This document shows, piece after piece, positions 47,101-55,844 of a stretch of 64,000 bases of DNA. Location of the stretch: positions 62,478 through 126,477 of the forward strand of contig CAZXZO010000002.1 in the NCBI GenBank assembly GCA_964645485.1, read 5' to 3'. The notes beneath the pieces were generated by a model that worked only from the letters and a program-made list of their open reading frames with translations, ran no database searches and had not been told where the DNA came from. The position numbers and the translations under genes were made by a program. Source of the DNA: an uncultured Candidatus Poseidoniales archaeon (lineage in GTDB: Archaea > Thermoplasmatota > Poseidoniia > Poseidoniales > Thalassarchaeaceae). Each line of letters begins with the position of its first letter. The stretch's first letter is position 1.

Positions 47101-49245
47101 ATCCCAACTAATGTCAAGATTGACTGTTTGCATGACGTATGTAATTGAAAATGAATTTATCACCACTTTACCAGAAGACGACGAAAGAATCTGGATTGGG
47201 ATCAGTTCTGTTCCAGAGCCTGTATCTGGAATAGCATCATTTAGGGCATTAACAATTGAACTTCCTGATGTGCCAGATGCAGTTACCGTGGAGAGTAAGG
47301 CGTTGGTATGAGTCCACTCAGCACTGCCATCACTGCCGATGTCTAATTTCACATTTTGGGGAGCATTGGAGTAAAGAGCGACTTGGAAGTCATCTACAAT
47401 TGGACTGTATGCATTGGCGCCACCAGCGTAAAAGTAGAAACAGAGGGTGAGATATGACAGAGTAGTCGGGAAGTTTACCGTTTGTCCCGGTGTATTCAAA
47501 GTCGTAGATGTCCCCGATGTGCAACTGCTAGATGTAGTCCACCTGACTGATAATGAACTACCACCTAATTCTGTTGAGTTCCACCATACTTGGGCTGCTA
47601 CAGGCCCATTTGAGCTAGAACCAAAATATGGGGTTCGCATCCACATTAATCCTGAAGGTGCATAAGAGCCGGTGTAACCTAGGGCAATCGTATCTATTAA
47701 AGCAGAAACGTTGCTGTTTGTGCTGTTGAGATATGCTCTCCATCCAAGTTGGGTTCCTGAATTTGTGAAAGTTACTCTTGTTCCGATTTGTGCTTGCTTC
47801 CAAGTCACTCCACCATCGTTTGTGACTTCATATTCTACCGATGTTCCTGTTGGCTTCCAGGAAATTGCTGCAGTTAATGTCAAGTCCGGAGTTGTTCTAG
47901 TTGCAGTGATTGCGGATGAAGTTATTATTGTAGAAGTGGTGCTAGGTGTTCCCATTGAAGAAACAGTTGACCTTCCATTGGTGAAGATTTTGTGAGAACT
48001 TCCACTTGGGCATTGGGTGTTGTAATAACAACTCCATGCAAGAGTCCCATCCGCTGTGCCTTCCAGTCCGAAGTGAGCATGATTTGGGAACAAAATATCT
48101 CCTTGGTGTTCAGGCCATGCCCCACCTCGGAGGAAAACCGAGTGGTAGTTTTTGGCCTTACAGTTGTTATTGCTTGAGTATGTACAGTAAACATTCACAG
48201 TTACTCTGTCGCCAGCAACATCGAGTCCTGCTGGTTGACCTTGACCACTTGGAATCATCATCAACAATTGTGTTGAAAGTGCTTGAGCGGGGCTTGAGCG
48301 GTTGACATTCCAAAGGTAGTAATTGTAATTTCCACTCACATAGCGGGATGCTACAACATACATTTCATTGTCAACTGGGTCAAAAGCAACACCTCCAATG
48401 TTGTATGATGAACCATACCATGCCTGATTACATGACCAACTGGTCCCTGCAGAATTGACTGTCCACTTAGCGATGTAGTTGTAATTCCAACTTGTTGTCC
48501 AAATCGTACCATTTCCATCACTGGTGATGTCAGAAAGATATGCCATGGTAGAGGTCGTACAACTGTTGAATGAAAGGCTCACAGTGCCTATTTGGGCGCC
48601 AGTAGTTGTGTTATAACTCCTAATTGATGGGGTGCTGTAAAGACTGGTGCTTGACCATTGTGCGACAAAAGTTTTGCTTCCTTGGTAAGCTACAGGGCCA
48701 GCATAATTCCAAGAGCCACCAGAATACGCTGAATAACCCTGAGTAGTTGCTCCCACTAAATCAGAATCAGCCAAGCCAATAGATCCACCTGTTGTGTTGT
48801 GGACTGCATTTGGTGCACTGGAAATATCACTCGTTCTCGTTAAAGCCCAACTCGCTTCACTTTGCATTTCTCTTAGGGATGTTTGATCGTTACCAACATC
48901 AATAGTAGTTCGATAATCATAAGAGAAGTATGGGACATTCATAGGCCCATCTGTTGTTGAAGGACCGCCAAAGTGTGTATTGGTGCTTGCATTAGCCCAA
49001 GTAGTTGTTGAAGGTTCTCCAGTGATAGAGAAACTTGCTGATGTTACTTCTGCTCCATAAGGCATGTTTACTCCAGCAGTTCCACCATTCCCTTGACCGG
49101 CAAAGGTGTGGGAAAAACTGGTAGTGCCATCAGCAAATTGGGTTTCAGTAGTTGCCGCGATTGCAAATGATAGCGTTGTAGACAACAGCATTAATCCGGC
49201 CAAGAAAAACGAAGTGAATTTGATTTGGTTGTTGCATCTAAACAT
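44188..49245 (-). CDS. Giant (about 1,685 aa) secreted surface protein with C-terminal TM anchor and poly-acidic tail
   Basis: Signal peptide MFRCNNQIKFTSFFLAGLMLLSTTLSFAIAA (start moved to the ATG at 49245). S/T/N/G/W-rich with many N-x-S/T sequons. TM helix LLAVIGIIIAMIVLPIVAYV. Tail DDDEFDDEYDEEDDD. Confidence 0.85.
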   Translation of the reverse strand: MFRCNNQIKFTSFFLAGLMLLSTTLSFAIAATTETQFADGTTSFSHTFAGQGNGGTAGVNMPYGAEVTSASFSITGEPSTTTWANASTNTHFGGPSTTDGPMNVPYFSYDYRTTIDVGNDQTSLREMQSEASWALTRTSDISSAPNAVHNTTGGSIGLADSDLVGATTQGYSAYSGGSWNYAGPVAYQGSKTFVAQWSSTSLYSTPSIRSYNTTTGAQIGTVSLSFNSCTTSTMAYLSDITSDGNGTIWTTSWNYNYIAKWTVNSAGTSWSCNQAWYGSSYNIGGVAFDPVDNEMYVVASRYVSGNYNYYLWNVNRSSPAQALSTQLLMMIPSGQGQPAGLDVAGDRVTVNVYCTYSSNNNCKAKNYHSVFLRGGAWPEHQGDILFPNHAHFGLEGTADGTLAWSCYYNTQCPSGSSHKIFTNGRSTVSSMGTPSTTSTIITSSAITATRTTPDLTLTAAISWKPTGTSVEYEVTNDGGVTWKQAQIGTRVTFTNSGTQLGWRAYLNSTNSNVSALIDTIALGYTGSYAPSGLMWMRTPYFGSSSNGPVAAQVWWNSTELGGSSLSVRWTTSSSCTSGTSTTLNTPGQTVNFPTTLSYLTLCFYFYAGGANAYSPIVDDFQVALYSNAPQNVKLDIGSDGSAEWTHTNALLSTVTASGTSGSSIVNALNDAIPDTGSGTELIPIQILSSSSGKVVINSFSITYVMQTVNLDISWDETMVLHETIDTYEVVTRHVIGEDAGGISTATLDFLAYPASETPSLTWNSDGTLIDDDPEDWIIPDASATWTNNSNGILEIHWAFRVTSNFIEQDNVGFRVSCTDDQGLSPMSLSSRASNAPGIRVNQSYGLGWLAVRDNDGAVHHDDVPNYEWIKAGETLYFQGAIWYDGTQDAPLDSTFDVAVVKRTTEGDFVQAKDRSNQYGEFFIPVPVDTIDRPDGVFYEVVIDNPRDPLKVLSTNQSWQRTIRVDATSPTLIEATPLDNAYEAGQEDQAVRIRIQDEIGAPEELTLHYWIEAEHDSNRNGNADAGEYVNQTMTNMTDDIDKLFFAYIDDSNNPNMARVSYYVTGTDVAGNALLRSDGPGFDYDLVTYRTRKDMDSVFTGLHWAGHEDGERAFAGTTQYITLGLVDANGLIDFTDISLIFDFEGPDPERDQQRLSFSGNNATFWTDDDYLEISPACNNILDESCGGIVTTNETGLPWVKVTFAFAFSWDWPDADLSDIALEFTQLGSTEPRREIFTEHTFRIENDLVLDAQTYTVEDVQEPRVGPVFDGSRVVPNDRLRWSGRVVYEGSDVPAPKNLGITVEVFDGVQYWSDGSLTDDGGFSLEVPLGAATTLASSETRTFLAGVRNIPGRGEDMTRDTVSTTLQVKVDHAPPRVLERLTPIDVIDISNKTALTEVPVEFIGWEDADLSGSPQWVHWLMRDENQRQISSGSSLLGMLQEGQAITWTGTVDLIGDGMNPPLQDYEVGFWIEGWDSAGNPLATEGNSKSDPVREPVDLNGDHELQWIRFGALGAQLTVERISADKEIVANGDKVEVTAWISNLGGSTNSGFVVGFYSGDSEKPFATQKLNGIADEAIPISATWVAEKGVDRVIVIVDTENEISEVDESDNSASVGVSVDYAFGMGWVEGARQNLLAVIGIIIAMIVLPIVAYVSMQGALTNRSELFDDDLMFDDDDEFDDEYDEEDDD

Positions 49246-49358
49246 AGGCGGTCCCCTAGGGACCGTTAGGGGTACCATTTCAACCCTTTGCACTTAGAAC
49301 AAATCCAATTACACCGAAACTGTATCAGTCAGGAGGCCTACGAGCGCATGGGATTGAG

Positions 49359-50201
49359 ATGGCGGCAGGCAAGAAGCGGAAAAATTCGAAGCGAGGTTTG
49401 AAGGCATATTTTGGAGAAATTTGGGAGGATAAAAGAGACCATCATTTGACAATTTTGGGAATGCTAACAGTTCTTACTTTTGCCATGATTTTATGGGCAA
49501 TAGCATTCTTCTCAATGTTTGCTTCAAACGCACAACAGGAAGCCAATGGATGGGCAGATTTGACCGCAGCAACTTGGGTTGGAGTCTTACTTGCATTTGT
49601 TCTTCTATTGTTTGTTATTCCGGAGTTTTTCCATTATCTCGGAGTACGTAATTCACTTGTGGATATTCTTGAGACAGACTCTCGGGCAGAGTTACAAAAG
49701 AACAGCAAAGAATTAGATGAAGGGGCCAAACTACTCGCCGGCGCGTGGCCTGCTAGAATTGCTGCCAAAAAGGTGGAGTTAGGTTTACGTCGCGATATGC
49801 CGGATGGCATGTCATTATCCGACACCGGTAAAACCTCATTAATTGGCACTTGGATGAATACTAAATATTCCAGATTAGCCCAGAGATTCCCCGATTCGAA
49901 CCTACTCAAAGACCCTGGAATAAATAAAATTATTATTTTCAGTTCACTGACAGGATTACTCCTATTTGTCTATAATGCCTTAATTGGACTAGCGCGTGAG
50001 TCGATAACTAGTCCCCGTAATATGACAGTTGATTTTACTTCCATCATTACAGGTGGTACATACAATGCAACTTGGGCTCCACACTTTGATTTGGTTGGTG
50101 TACTAATGATTGCAATGTTTGCAACAATTCTTTTCATGACTAGTCCAGCATCCAGTGAAGAGGATGAATCAGATAGTGACTCTATTCAAGAAGAAGAATG
50201 A
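49359..50201 (+). CDS. Membrane protein of unknown function, ends IQEEE
   Basis: Basic N-terminus, about 4 hydrophobic helices, acidic Ser-rich tail. Confidence 0.7.
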   Translation: MAAGKKRKNSKRGLKAYFGEIWEDKRDHHLTILGMLTVLTFAMILWAIAFFSMFASNAQQEANGWADLTAATWVGVLLAFVLLLFVIPEFFHYLGVRNSLVDILETDSRAELQKNSKELDEGAKLLAGAWPARIAAKKVELGLRRDMPDGMSLSDTGKTSLIGTWMNTKYSRLAQRFPDSNLLKDPGINKIIIFSSLTGLLLFVYNALIGLARESITSPRNMTVDFTSIITGGTYNATWAPHFDLVGVLMIAMFATILFMTSPASSEEDESDSDSIQEEE

Positions 50202-50213
50202 ATGAGGCGGTAA

Positions 50214-51158
50214 TTGATGGCCACACCATTAGGCTGGATTCGCGAAGCATTGCTTGCAATCGGATTAATTTCGCTTTTAGTAATTGGTTTGTGGGCAACC
50301 ACAGGTTCTCTTCCGCCAATGGTAGTGGTTGAATCATCATCTATGATGCATAATACTGAGGGAGAAGTTGGGGCAATTGACCCAGGTGACCTGGTTCTTG
50401 TGATGTCAACATCTCGCCGAACGAAGATTGTCAGCATGGCAGAAGCAATGGAAGTCGGTGGTGAATGGGAGGGATGGGAATATCATGGCAAACCCGGAGA
50501 TGTGATTATCTACAAGAAAAATGGTGGAATTGACACGCCCGTCATTCATCGTGTAATTCTTGAAGCAGTAGCAAATAGTACAATCTCACCAACTGATCGT
50601 TCACTTGGACTCTGTCCGCAGGGAAGTAGTTGGGACCCGATATCAATTGATGCTGATGGGCAGGCAGGAACATGTGTTCTCACATGGGATGCTCCGGGAA
50701 CTACAGTATTGAATCAAGCCTCAATAAACTGGTCCTTTGACAATGTGGAATGCCCTTCAAACCCCCATGGTTTGATGGTTCAGGAGTGGGACCCAGGGCA
50801 CGCAGGATACCTTACTTTGGGGGACAATAACCGTTGTGATGTGGACCAAGGATCTCAAGCCTATCCCTTGGCAGGTGGACTTACTGATGAGAACGGAAAT
50901 CGAGTTACTGCTGTACGTTCAGACTGGGTAGTTGGGGTTGCGGGTGCTGAACTACCATGGCTTGGTACAATCAAACTAGCAGCCTCATCAAATTCGGCCC
51001 AAGTAACAGGTCATAGTTGGAGAATGCTGGGAGCAACAGCGGTCATTCTTTTACTTGGGACATTTGTCGTTGAGCAGGCTACTGAAAAGTTGTTGATTGG
51101 TTCGCCTGAAATCTCTCAGGCGAATAAAGAGCAGGAAAAAAATTCCGAAGAAGAGTAA
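50214..51158 (+). CDS. Sec11/archaeal-type signal peptidase I (S26B) with inserted Cys-containing domain and C-terminal TM
   Basis: VVESSSMMH (Ser box), GDVIIYKK...PVIHRV (His box), and LTLGDNNRCDVD (GDNN box). Confidence 0.8.
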   Translation: MMATPLGWIREALLAIGLISLLVIGLWATTGSLPPMVVVESSSMMHNTEGEVGAIDPGDLVLVMSTSRRTKIVSMAEAMEVGGEWEGWEYHGKPGDVIIYKKNGGIDTPVIHRVILEAVANSTISPTDRSLGLCPQGSSWDPISIDADGQAGTCVLTWDAPGTTVLNQASINWSFDNVECPSNPHGLMVQEWDPGHAGYLTLGDNNRCDVDQGSQAYPLAGGLTDENGNRVTAVRSDWVVGVAGAELPWLGTIKLAASSNSAQVTGHSWRMLGATAVILLLGTFVVEQATEKLLIGSPEISQANKEQEKNSEEE

Positions 51159-51167
51159 ACTAATTCC

Positions 51168-52655
51168 TTAGATAATCAATGGAAGAAGGATGATTAGGAT
51201 TAACATCCCCATCAGAATCAGACTTGACATACTGGAAATTTTGTGGGCTGCATTGCGCACACTAATTGGATGAGAGTTAGGTGAAAACTTAGCGAAGAAT
51301 GCAAAGTAGTCATGCAGACGGTCTCTCAATAAATGGCCACCATCAAATGGCAGGATTGGAATTAGATTAGCGAAGCCGAGTAGCACATTCATCCACGTTA
51401 TCCAAAACAGTAGATGGAGTAAAATCATAGTCCCTTCGAATCCAAGGAAGGTATCACTATCAAGAAGTTGCAATTCTTGTTGATGCATAATTTCTCCCTT
51501 GTTCTCTATTGGGTTGAAGATAAGGGACAACGGTTGTACCGCCAATCCTACAACCAAGGGGAGAGGATCTTTTGGAGCACTTGATGCTAGAGGACCGGAC
51601 AGTCGATTCGCCCCTGCATCATTGGAGGCTAAGCCTATCACTCCTAGGAACGCATCTCCTTCCTCTATACCATAAGCAGCGAGAATCGCAGGGTCTGTGC
51701 CTAAATCAAGTTGGTATTGATATTGGTCTGCAAGAGTTAGGTCGATGTCTCGCTGACTCCGCTCACCTTGACTGTCGGCGATAGTAAGAATGGTGAGCGT
51801 GATGTTATCTCCCGCTTGGTGTGAATCAAGAAAAGATATGAAATCATCTTTGTCAGTTATCTCAGAACCATTTGCATGTGTTATCACTTCCCATGGTTGA
51901 AGGCCTGCTTCTGACGCAGGTTGTTGGTCAATAATTCCTTCAGCATGTACTCCATTTATTGCTGGGGTTAGGGTGTTGGCAACTAATGCCATCACAATAA
52001 AAAATATGAAAGCGCCGTAGATATTTATTGCTGGGCCTGCTGCAAATACTCGCTGTCGTTCACGTCTCGGAGCGCGCATTATTTCTCTTCCTTCTGGCTC
52101 TGCAAATGCTCCTATTGGAATCAATCCAAGTATAAGTAATCCAAAACTTCGAACTCTCATCCCATGTGCACGGGTTAGAATTCCATGCCCATATTCATGA
52201 ATTACCAAGGCAATAATCAGGCCAATTAATCCCCAAAGAAGTGGTATTGTTGGTGTTACCCCAGGAATTAAAATTATTTCCGAAGGACTGGCTGGCTCAA
52301 GTTCATTAGGATTCATTATCGTGAAAATGAATGTAAAAATAAAGAAAATTAATACAAGTGCACTGATGAATCTACAAGTCCACAAGCCAATTTCACCAAA
52401 AATTTTCCATGCTTTTTGTGGCTTAGAGATTGCATCCAAAACCTTCTGACCACGGTTCGTGCGAACCATTAGGACGACTCCAAGTACTCTAGTCGCATCC
52501 CAATTGTCAAGTGTTCCTTGGGCTTCTAGCCGCTTGAGTAAGAGATACCAAACAACAATCCCAAGCACAGACCAATGGATTTGGATAGCTATGATGCTGG
52601 CGATGACAATGAAGATGAGTTCGCGAGAGCGAGATGTCCCCTCCTCTCTTTGCAC
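51168..52655 (-). CDS. Site-2 protease family (M50) intramembrane metalloprotease with PDZ-like insert
   Basis: LVIHEYGHG HExxH motif, NLIPILPFDGGH second motif, multiple TM helices. Confidence 0.9.
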   Translation of the reverse strand: MQREEGTSRSRELIFIVIASIIAIQIHWSVLGIVVWYLLLKRLEAQGTLDNWDATRVLGVVLMVRTNRGQKVLDAISKPQKAWKIFGEIGLWTCRFISALVLIFFIFTFIFTIMNPNELEPASPSEIILIPGVTPTIPLLWGLIGLIIALVIHEYGHGILTRAHGMRVRSFGLLILGLIPIGAFAEPEGREIMRAPRRERQRVFAAGPAINIYGAFIFFIVMALVANTLTPAINGVHAEGIIDQQPASEAGLQPWEVITHANGSEITDKDDFISFLDSHQAGDNITLTILTIADSQGERSQRDIDLTLADQYQYQLDLGTDPAILAAYGIEEGDAFLGVIGLASNDAGANRLSGPLASSAPKDPLPLVVGLAVQPLSLIFNPIENKGEIMHQQELQLLDSDTFLGFEGTMILLHLLFWITWMNVLLGFANLIPILPFDGGHLLRDRLHDYFAFFAKFSPNSHPISVRNAAHKISSMSSLILMGMLILIILLPLII

Positions 52656-52741
52656 AGGGGTTGCTCTCCACTGTCCTCTTTGAACCTGCGCGTCAAGGGT
52701 GATACAGAGCCCTCATAGGTGAGTACTCCTTGAGAGGGGTG

Positions 52742-52930
52742 ATGGCTACAGACGAATCAAATCTGTCTGAGGCCCACAGTGTTGAGCGCAGGCTATCCGA
52801 TTTGAAGCGCGAAGTTGAAGCAATCAAGCGATTGATAACTCAGGCATCTCTAAATCGTCTGACCTCTGAAATTGAGCGACAGGAATCGGAAATTGATGAT
52901 GTAAAAGAAGAACTTCACTGCAAGATTTGA
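52742..52930 (+). CDS. Small coiled-coil protein (62 aa), hypothetical
   Basis: The ATG at 52742 is preceded by GAGGGGTG. The sequence is heptad-like, RLSDLKREVEAIKRLI. Confidence 0.45.
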   Translation: MATDESNLSEAHSVERRLSDLKREVEAIKRLITQASLNRLTSEIERQESEIDDVKEELHCKI

Positions 52931-52944
52931 AGTCATTACATGAT

Positions 52945-53628
52945 TCAAAGCCTAAATTTTTTGACCCATTCTTCTGGCTCTCTTTGTTCAAGAATTGTTT
53001 TTTGTTCTTCTTCTATTTTCAGCGTCTCAGCTTTTTCTGTCCAAGCGTTTGCTTTCGAGCGAAGAGTTTGTGCAGTTTGTGCATAACTATCCGAATCACG
53101 GCAAAGTAATGAAAGAAATTTGTGAAGTGGAAGCCCTTCATCCCAGTCCAAGTGTGGTGTACCATTTCTCGTCAAAGGTAGTGAAGGTAAGCGTCGAGAT
53201 AATATTGAAACCGAACCGGTCAAATTAGTAGTTTCCACCTTGAAAATCCGCCACGAATCACCCCTCACTCCTTTCAGTCTCATTGCATATAATGGCATTA
53301 AGCCACAACGCTCGCCTTCTTTTTGTAAATCGAGGTACTGCTCCATAGTTCTTCCAGAGAGATAGACCTTTTTTTCCTTGGTAGTTTTCACTTCAATAGG
53401 AAATGAAATATCACCTCGAACCGCTATCAAATCACCTGCTCCGGCAACTCCACTTCCGGCAGCACGAACAACCAAAAATGGTCTTCTGATAACTTGCATT
53501 GCCCTTGCTTTCTCAGAGGCGTTACAACTTCTTGTAACAGCCCTGACTCCATCAGGTGAACCAATCAGAACTGCGCGCAGTTCGCGCTCATAATGAGAAG
53601 CCATCGTTGAGCACGCTAATCCATTCAT
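52945..53628 (-). CDS. hjc: Hjc-type archaeal Holliday junction resolvase with ~85 aa C-terminal extension
   Basis: YERELRAVL, AAGSG...GDLIAV and FPIEVKT form a PD-(D/E)xK pattern as in Hjc. Confidence 0.72.
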   Translation of the reverse strand: MNGLACSTMASHYERELRAVLIGSPDGVRAVTRSCNASEKARAMQVIRRPFLVVRAAGSGVAGAGDLIAVRGDISFPIEVKTTKEKKVYLSGRTMEQYLDLQKEGERCGLMPLYAMRLKGVRGDSWRIFKVETTNLTGSVSILSRRLPSLPLTRNGTPHLDWDEGLPLHKFLSLLCRDSDSYAQTAQTLRSKANAWTEKAETLKIEEEQKTILEQREPEEWVKKFRL

Positions 53629-53711
53629 TCAAGACAATGCCGGCGAGATTTGCTTATCGCGCATCGTTTCTGATAGAAATTGGCTAAATCGGGTCACATC
53701 TACCGGAACCA

Positions 53712-54503
53712 TTGACAAAGGTCGGGGCCCCACACCTATTCGTGGGAGTACTAATCATACGGACGGCTGATTTCAAATTGGCCTATCGTTTGATGAAGGC
53801 GTTACGAAAGCGCGGAATTGAATTTCTTCAAGTTTCAGAGAATTCACCCTTACCACCGGATGCTTCTGTTTGGCTTGGAACAACAGCAGAGGTGGGTGCA
53901 AGTAAAGTTGGTAACGGAATCGCCTGTTCATTAGACGATGTAGAGGTTTCAATTGACCGCGCATTACACCTTTCAACCTTGAAAGACCCCACGAGAATAC
54001 TCGCTTTTGGAATCGACCCGGGGCCCCGTCCTGGTTTAGCGTGGAATTCAGATGGAAAGCCTCTTGGAACTGAACAAATGGAAGATGTAGATGAAACAGT
54101 TGACAGAATCTGCCAACTGGTCAAGTCAATTCCACATGCAGTTGCAGTTGTAAGAATTGGAGATGGCTCACCGACAATAGGTTCACGCCTTGCAAACATT
54201 TGTTTGGCAAGAGGTTTGAGAGTAGAGATGGTCGATGAGAGGAGAACTTCAACGGGAGTTGGTCGCCATGAGCATCACGCCGCGGCGGCGCGAATTGGAC
54301 AAATTATTGGTGAAGAAGTGACTAGTAAACGCAAAGTCAAACCATCCACAGGAGAGGTTAGGGAAATCCAACGCAAATCACGTAGTGAGAGTGGAGGGAA
54401 ACTTACACTACCAATTGAATTAGCACAAGCAGTTGCTGTGGGAAGGCTGTCAATGGTTGAGGCTTTTGACGAGTATGAGAGGCGACGAGAAACTCCATTT
54501 TGA
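53712..54503 (+). CDS. Hypothetical protein with RuvC/YqgF-like RNase H-fold signatures
   Basis: ILAFGIDPGPRPGLAW and VEMVDERRTSTG resemble RuvC/RuvX catalytic strands. Start uncertain (TTG at 53712 or GTG at 53742). Confidence 0.5.
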   Translation: MTKVGAPHLFVGVLIIRTADFKLAYRLMKALRKRGIEFLQVSENSPLPPDASVWLGTTAEVGASKVGNGIACSLDDVEVSIDRALHLSTLKDPTRILAFGIDPGPRPGLAWNSDGKPLGTEQMEDVDETVDRICQLVKSIPHAVAVVRIGDGSPTIGSRLANICLARGLRVEMVDERRTSTGVGRHEHHAAAARIGQIIGEEVTSKRKVKPSTGEVREIQRKSRSESGGKLTLPIELAQAVAVGRLSMVEAFDEYERRRETPF

Positions 54504-54570
54504 TTCAGAAAATTGCAAGTTGTTCGTAACCGGCTTGCTAAAGAAGTGAACACACTTCGAAGATTACACT

Positions 54571-54645
54571 GCGGACGTGGTCTAGTGGTTATGACTGTAG
54601 ATTCCCAATCTGCAAACCCGGATTCAACTTCCGGCGTCCGCACCA
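54571..54645 (+). tRNA. tRNA-Gly (anticodon CCC) with encoded CCA
   Basis: GCGGACG acceptor pairing with CGTCCGC, anticodon arm GTAGA-TTCCCAA-TCTGC, T arm CCGGA-TTCAACT-TCCGG, 3' ACCA. Confidence 0.9.
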
Positions 54646-54682
54646 CGGTCCAATTTTAATCGAATTAAAGTTGAAAATTTTA

Positions 54683-55723
54683 TCAGATAATTTTGAGATC
54701 TGATTGTTTCTTATTTGCTAGTTGTTCTAGCAGATTGTCAACCACGATTTGGAATGCATTAGAGGAGTCTCCATCAGGGTCAGCCACAATTCGGTGTACC
54801 CCATCATCTCCTCCTCTAACTATACCTGGGTCAAACGGTAATTTTCCAAGGAATGGTACCATCAATTCCTTGGCCGCGGCTTCACCTCCACCACTCTTGA
54901 AAAGGTCTAGAACAACCGCCCAATCTCCTTCCTCATCAGTTTGAACGTTCATACTAACTCCTTGAGGGCCTTGGACTGTAATTTTTGAGGATGGTTCAGC
55001 AGTGCCACGTAAGTTGAATCCACTCATGTTTTCAACAACTCCTAGGCAAGGGAGTTTAAGCGTCTTAGCGAAGTTAATCGATTTCCGACTGTCAAGCAGT
55101 GCAACATCTTGAGGGGTTGTAACTACAACTACTCCATCTATTTCTGGAAGTGACTGAGCAACTGTGAGAGGCTCGTCTGAAGTTCCCGGTGGGAAGTCAA
55201 TGATTAGGGCATCCAATTCGCCCCAAGCAACATCACCGATGAATTGCTGGATTGCACCCAACTTTACCGGTCCTCTCCAGATGACCGGTGCATCTTCGTC
55301 TTCTAGAAGAAATGCCATTGAGATTACTTTGACACCAAATGGACCTTCAACAGGATATATTTGCCCTTCTTCAACTTGTAAATCTGCGCCAGAAATCCCA
55401 AGCATTTTTGGGATATTTGGGCCAGTAATGTCGATATCCATTATACCGACTTTTTTGCCTTGTTGAGCGAGAGCCAATGCCAACCCGGTGGCAACAGTAG
55501 ATTTTCCTACTCCACCTTTGCCTGAAAGGACCATGACTTTGTGTTTAACATTCTCAGCCAGTTGCGTCATTCTTAGTTTACGTCGCATTTGGGCATATGC
55601 CTGTTCCATCTGCGCCTTCTGTTCATCAGATGCGGCTTCTGGCTCTTGCTCAGGGGTTTTTCCATCATGATGGGAGACTGGTGAATCACTCATTGTCGGG
55701 GCGACATTGCGGTCATTCTTCAA
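54683..55723 (-). CDS. Mrp/NBP35/ApbC-family Fe-S cluster carrier ATPase
   Basis: VLSGKGGVGKSTVA and IDFPPGTSDE. Confidence 0.93.
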   Translation of the reverse strand: MKNDRNVAPTMSDSPVSHHDGKTPEQEPEAASDEQKAQMEQAYAQMRRKLRMTQLAENVKHKVMVLSGKGGVGKSTVATGLALALAQQGKKVGIMDIDITGPNIPKMLGISGADLQVEEGQIYPVEGPFGVKVISMAFLLEDEDAPVIWRGPVKLGAIQQFIGDVAWGELDALIIDFPPGTSDEPLTVAQSLPEIDGVVVVTTPQDVALLDSRKSINFAKTLKLPCLGVVENMSGFNLRGTAEPSSKITVQGPQGVSMNVQTDEEGDWAVVLDLFKSGGGEAAAKELMVPFLGKLPFDPGIVRGGDDGVHRIVADPDGDSSNAFQIVVDNLLEQLANKKQSDLKII

Positions 55724-55844
55724 TCATTGTATCAATAATTGGACGGAATAAGTTGTAACAATTAGGAGTATTTTGACGTTCACCCAAACGCAATTGCCAA
55801 AGGCAACCCACCAAAAGCACAACTGTTAGCGGGGGTGAGTCAGC

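Noticed and set aside
54275-54646. 123 aa minus-strand ORF
   Set aside because: It is antisense to tRNA-Gly and to the 3' end of the 53712 gene. It is spurious.
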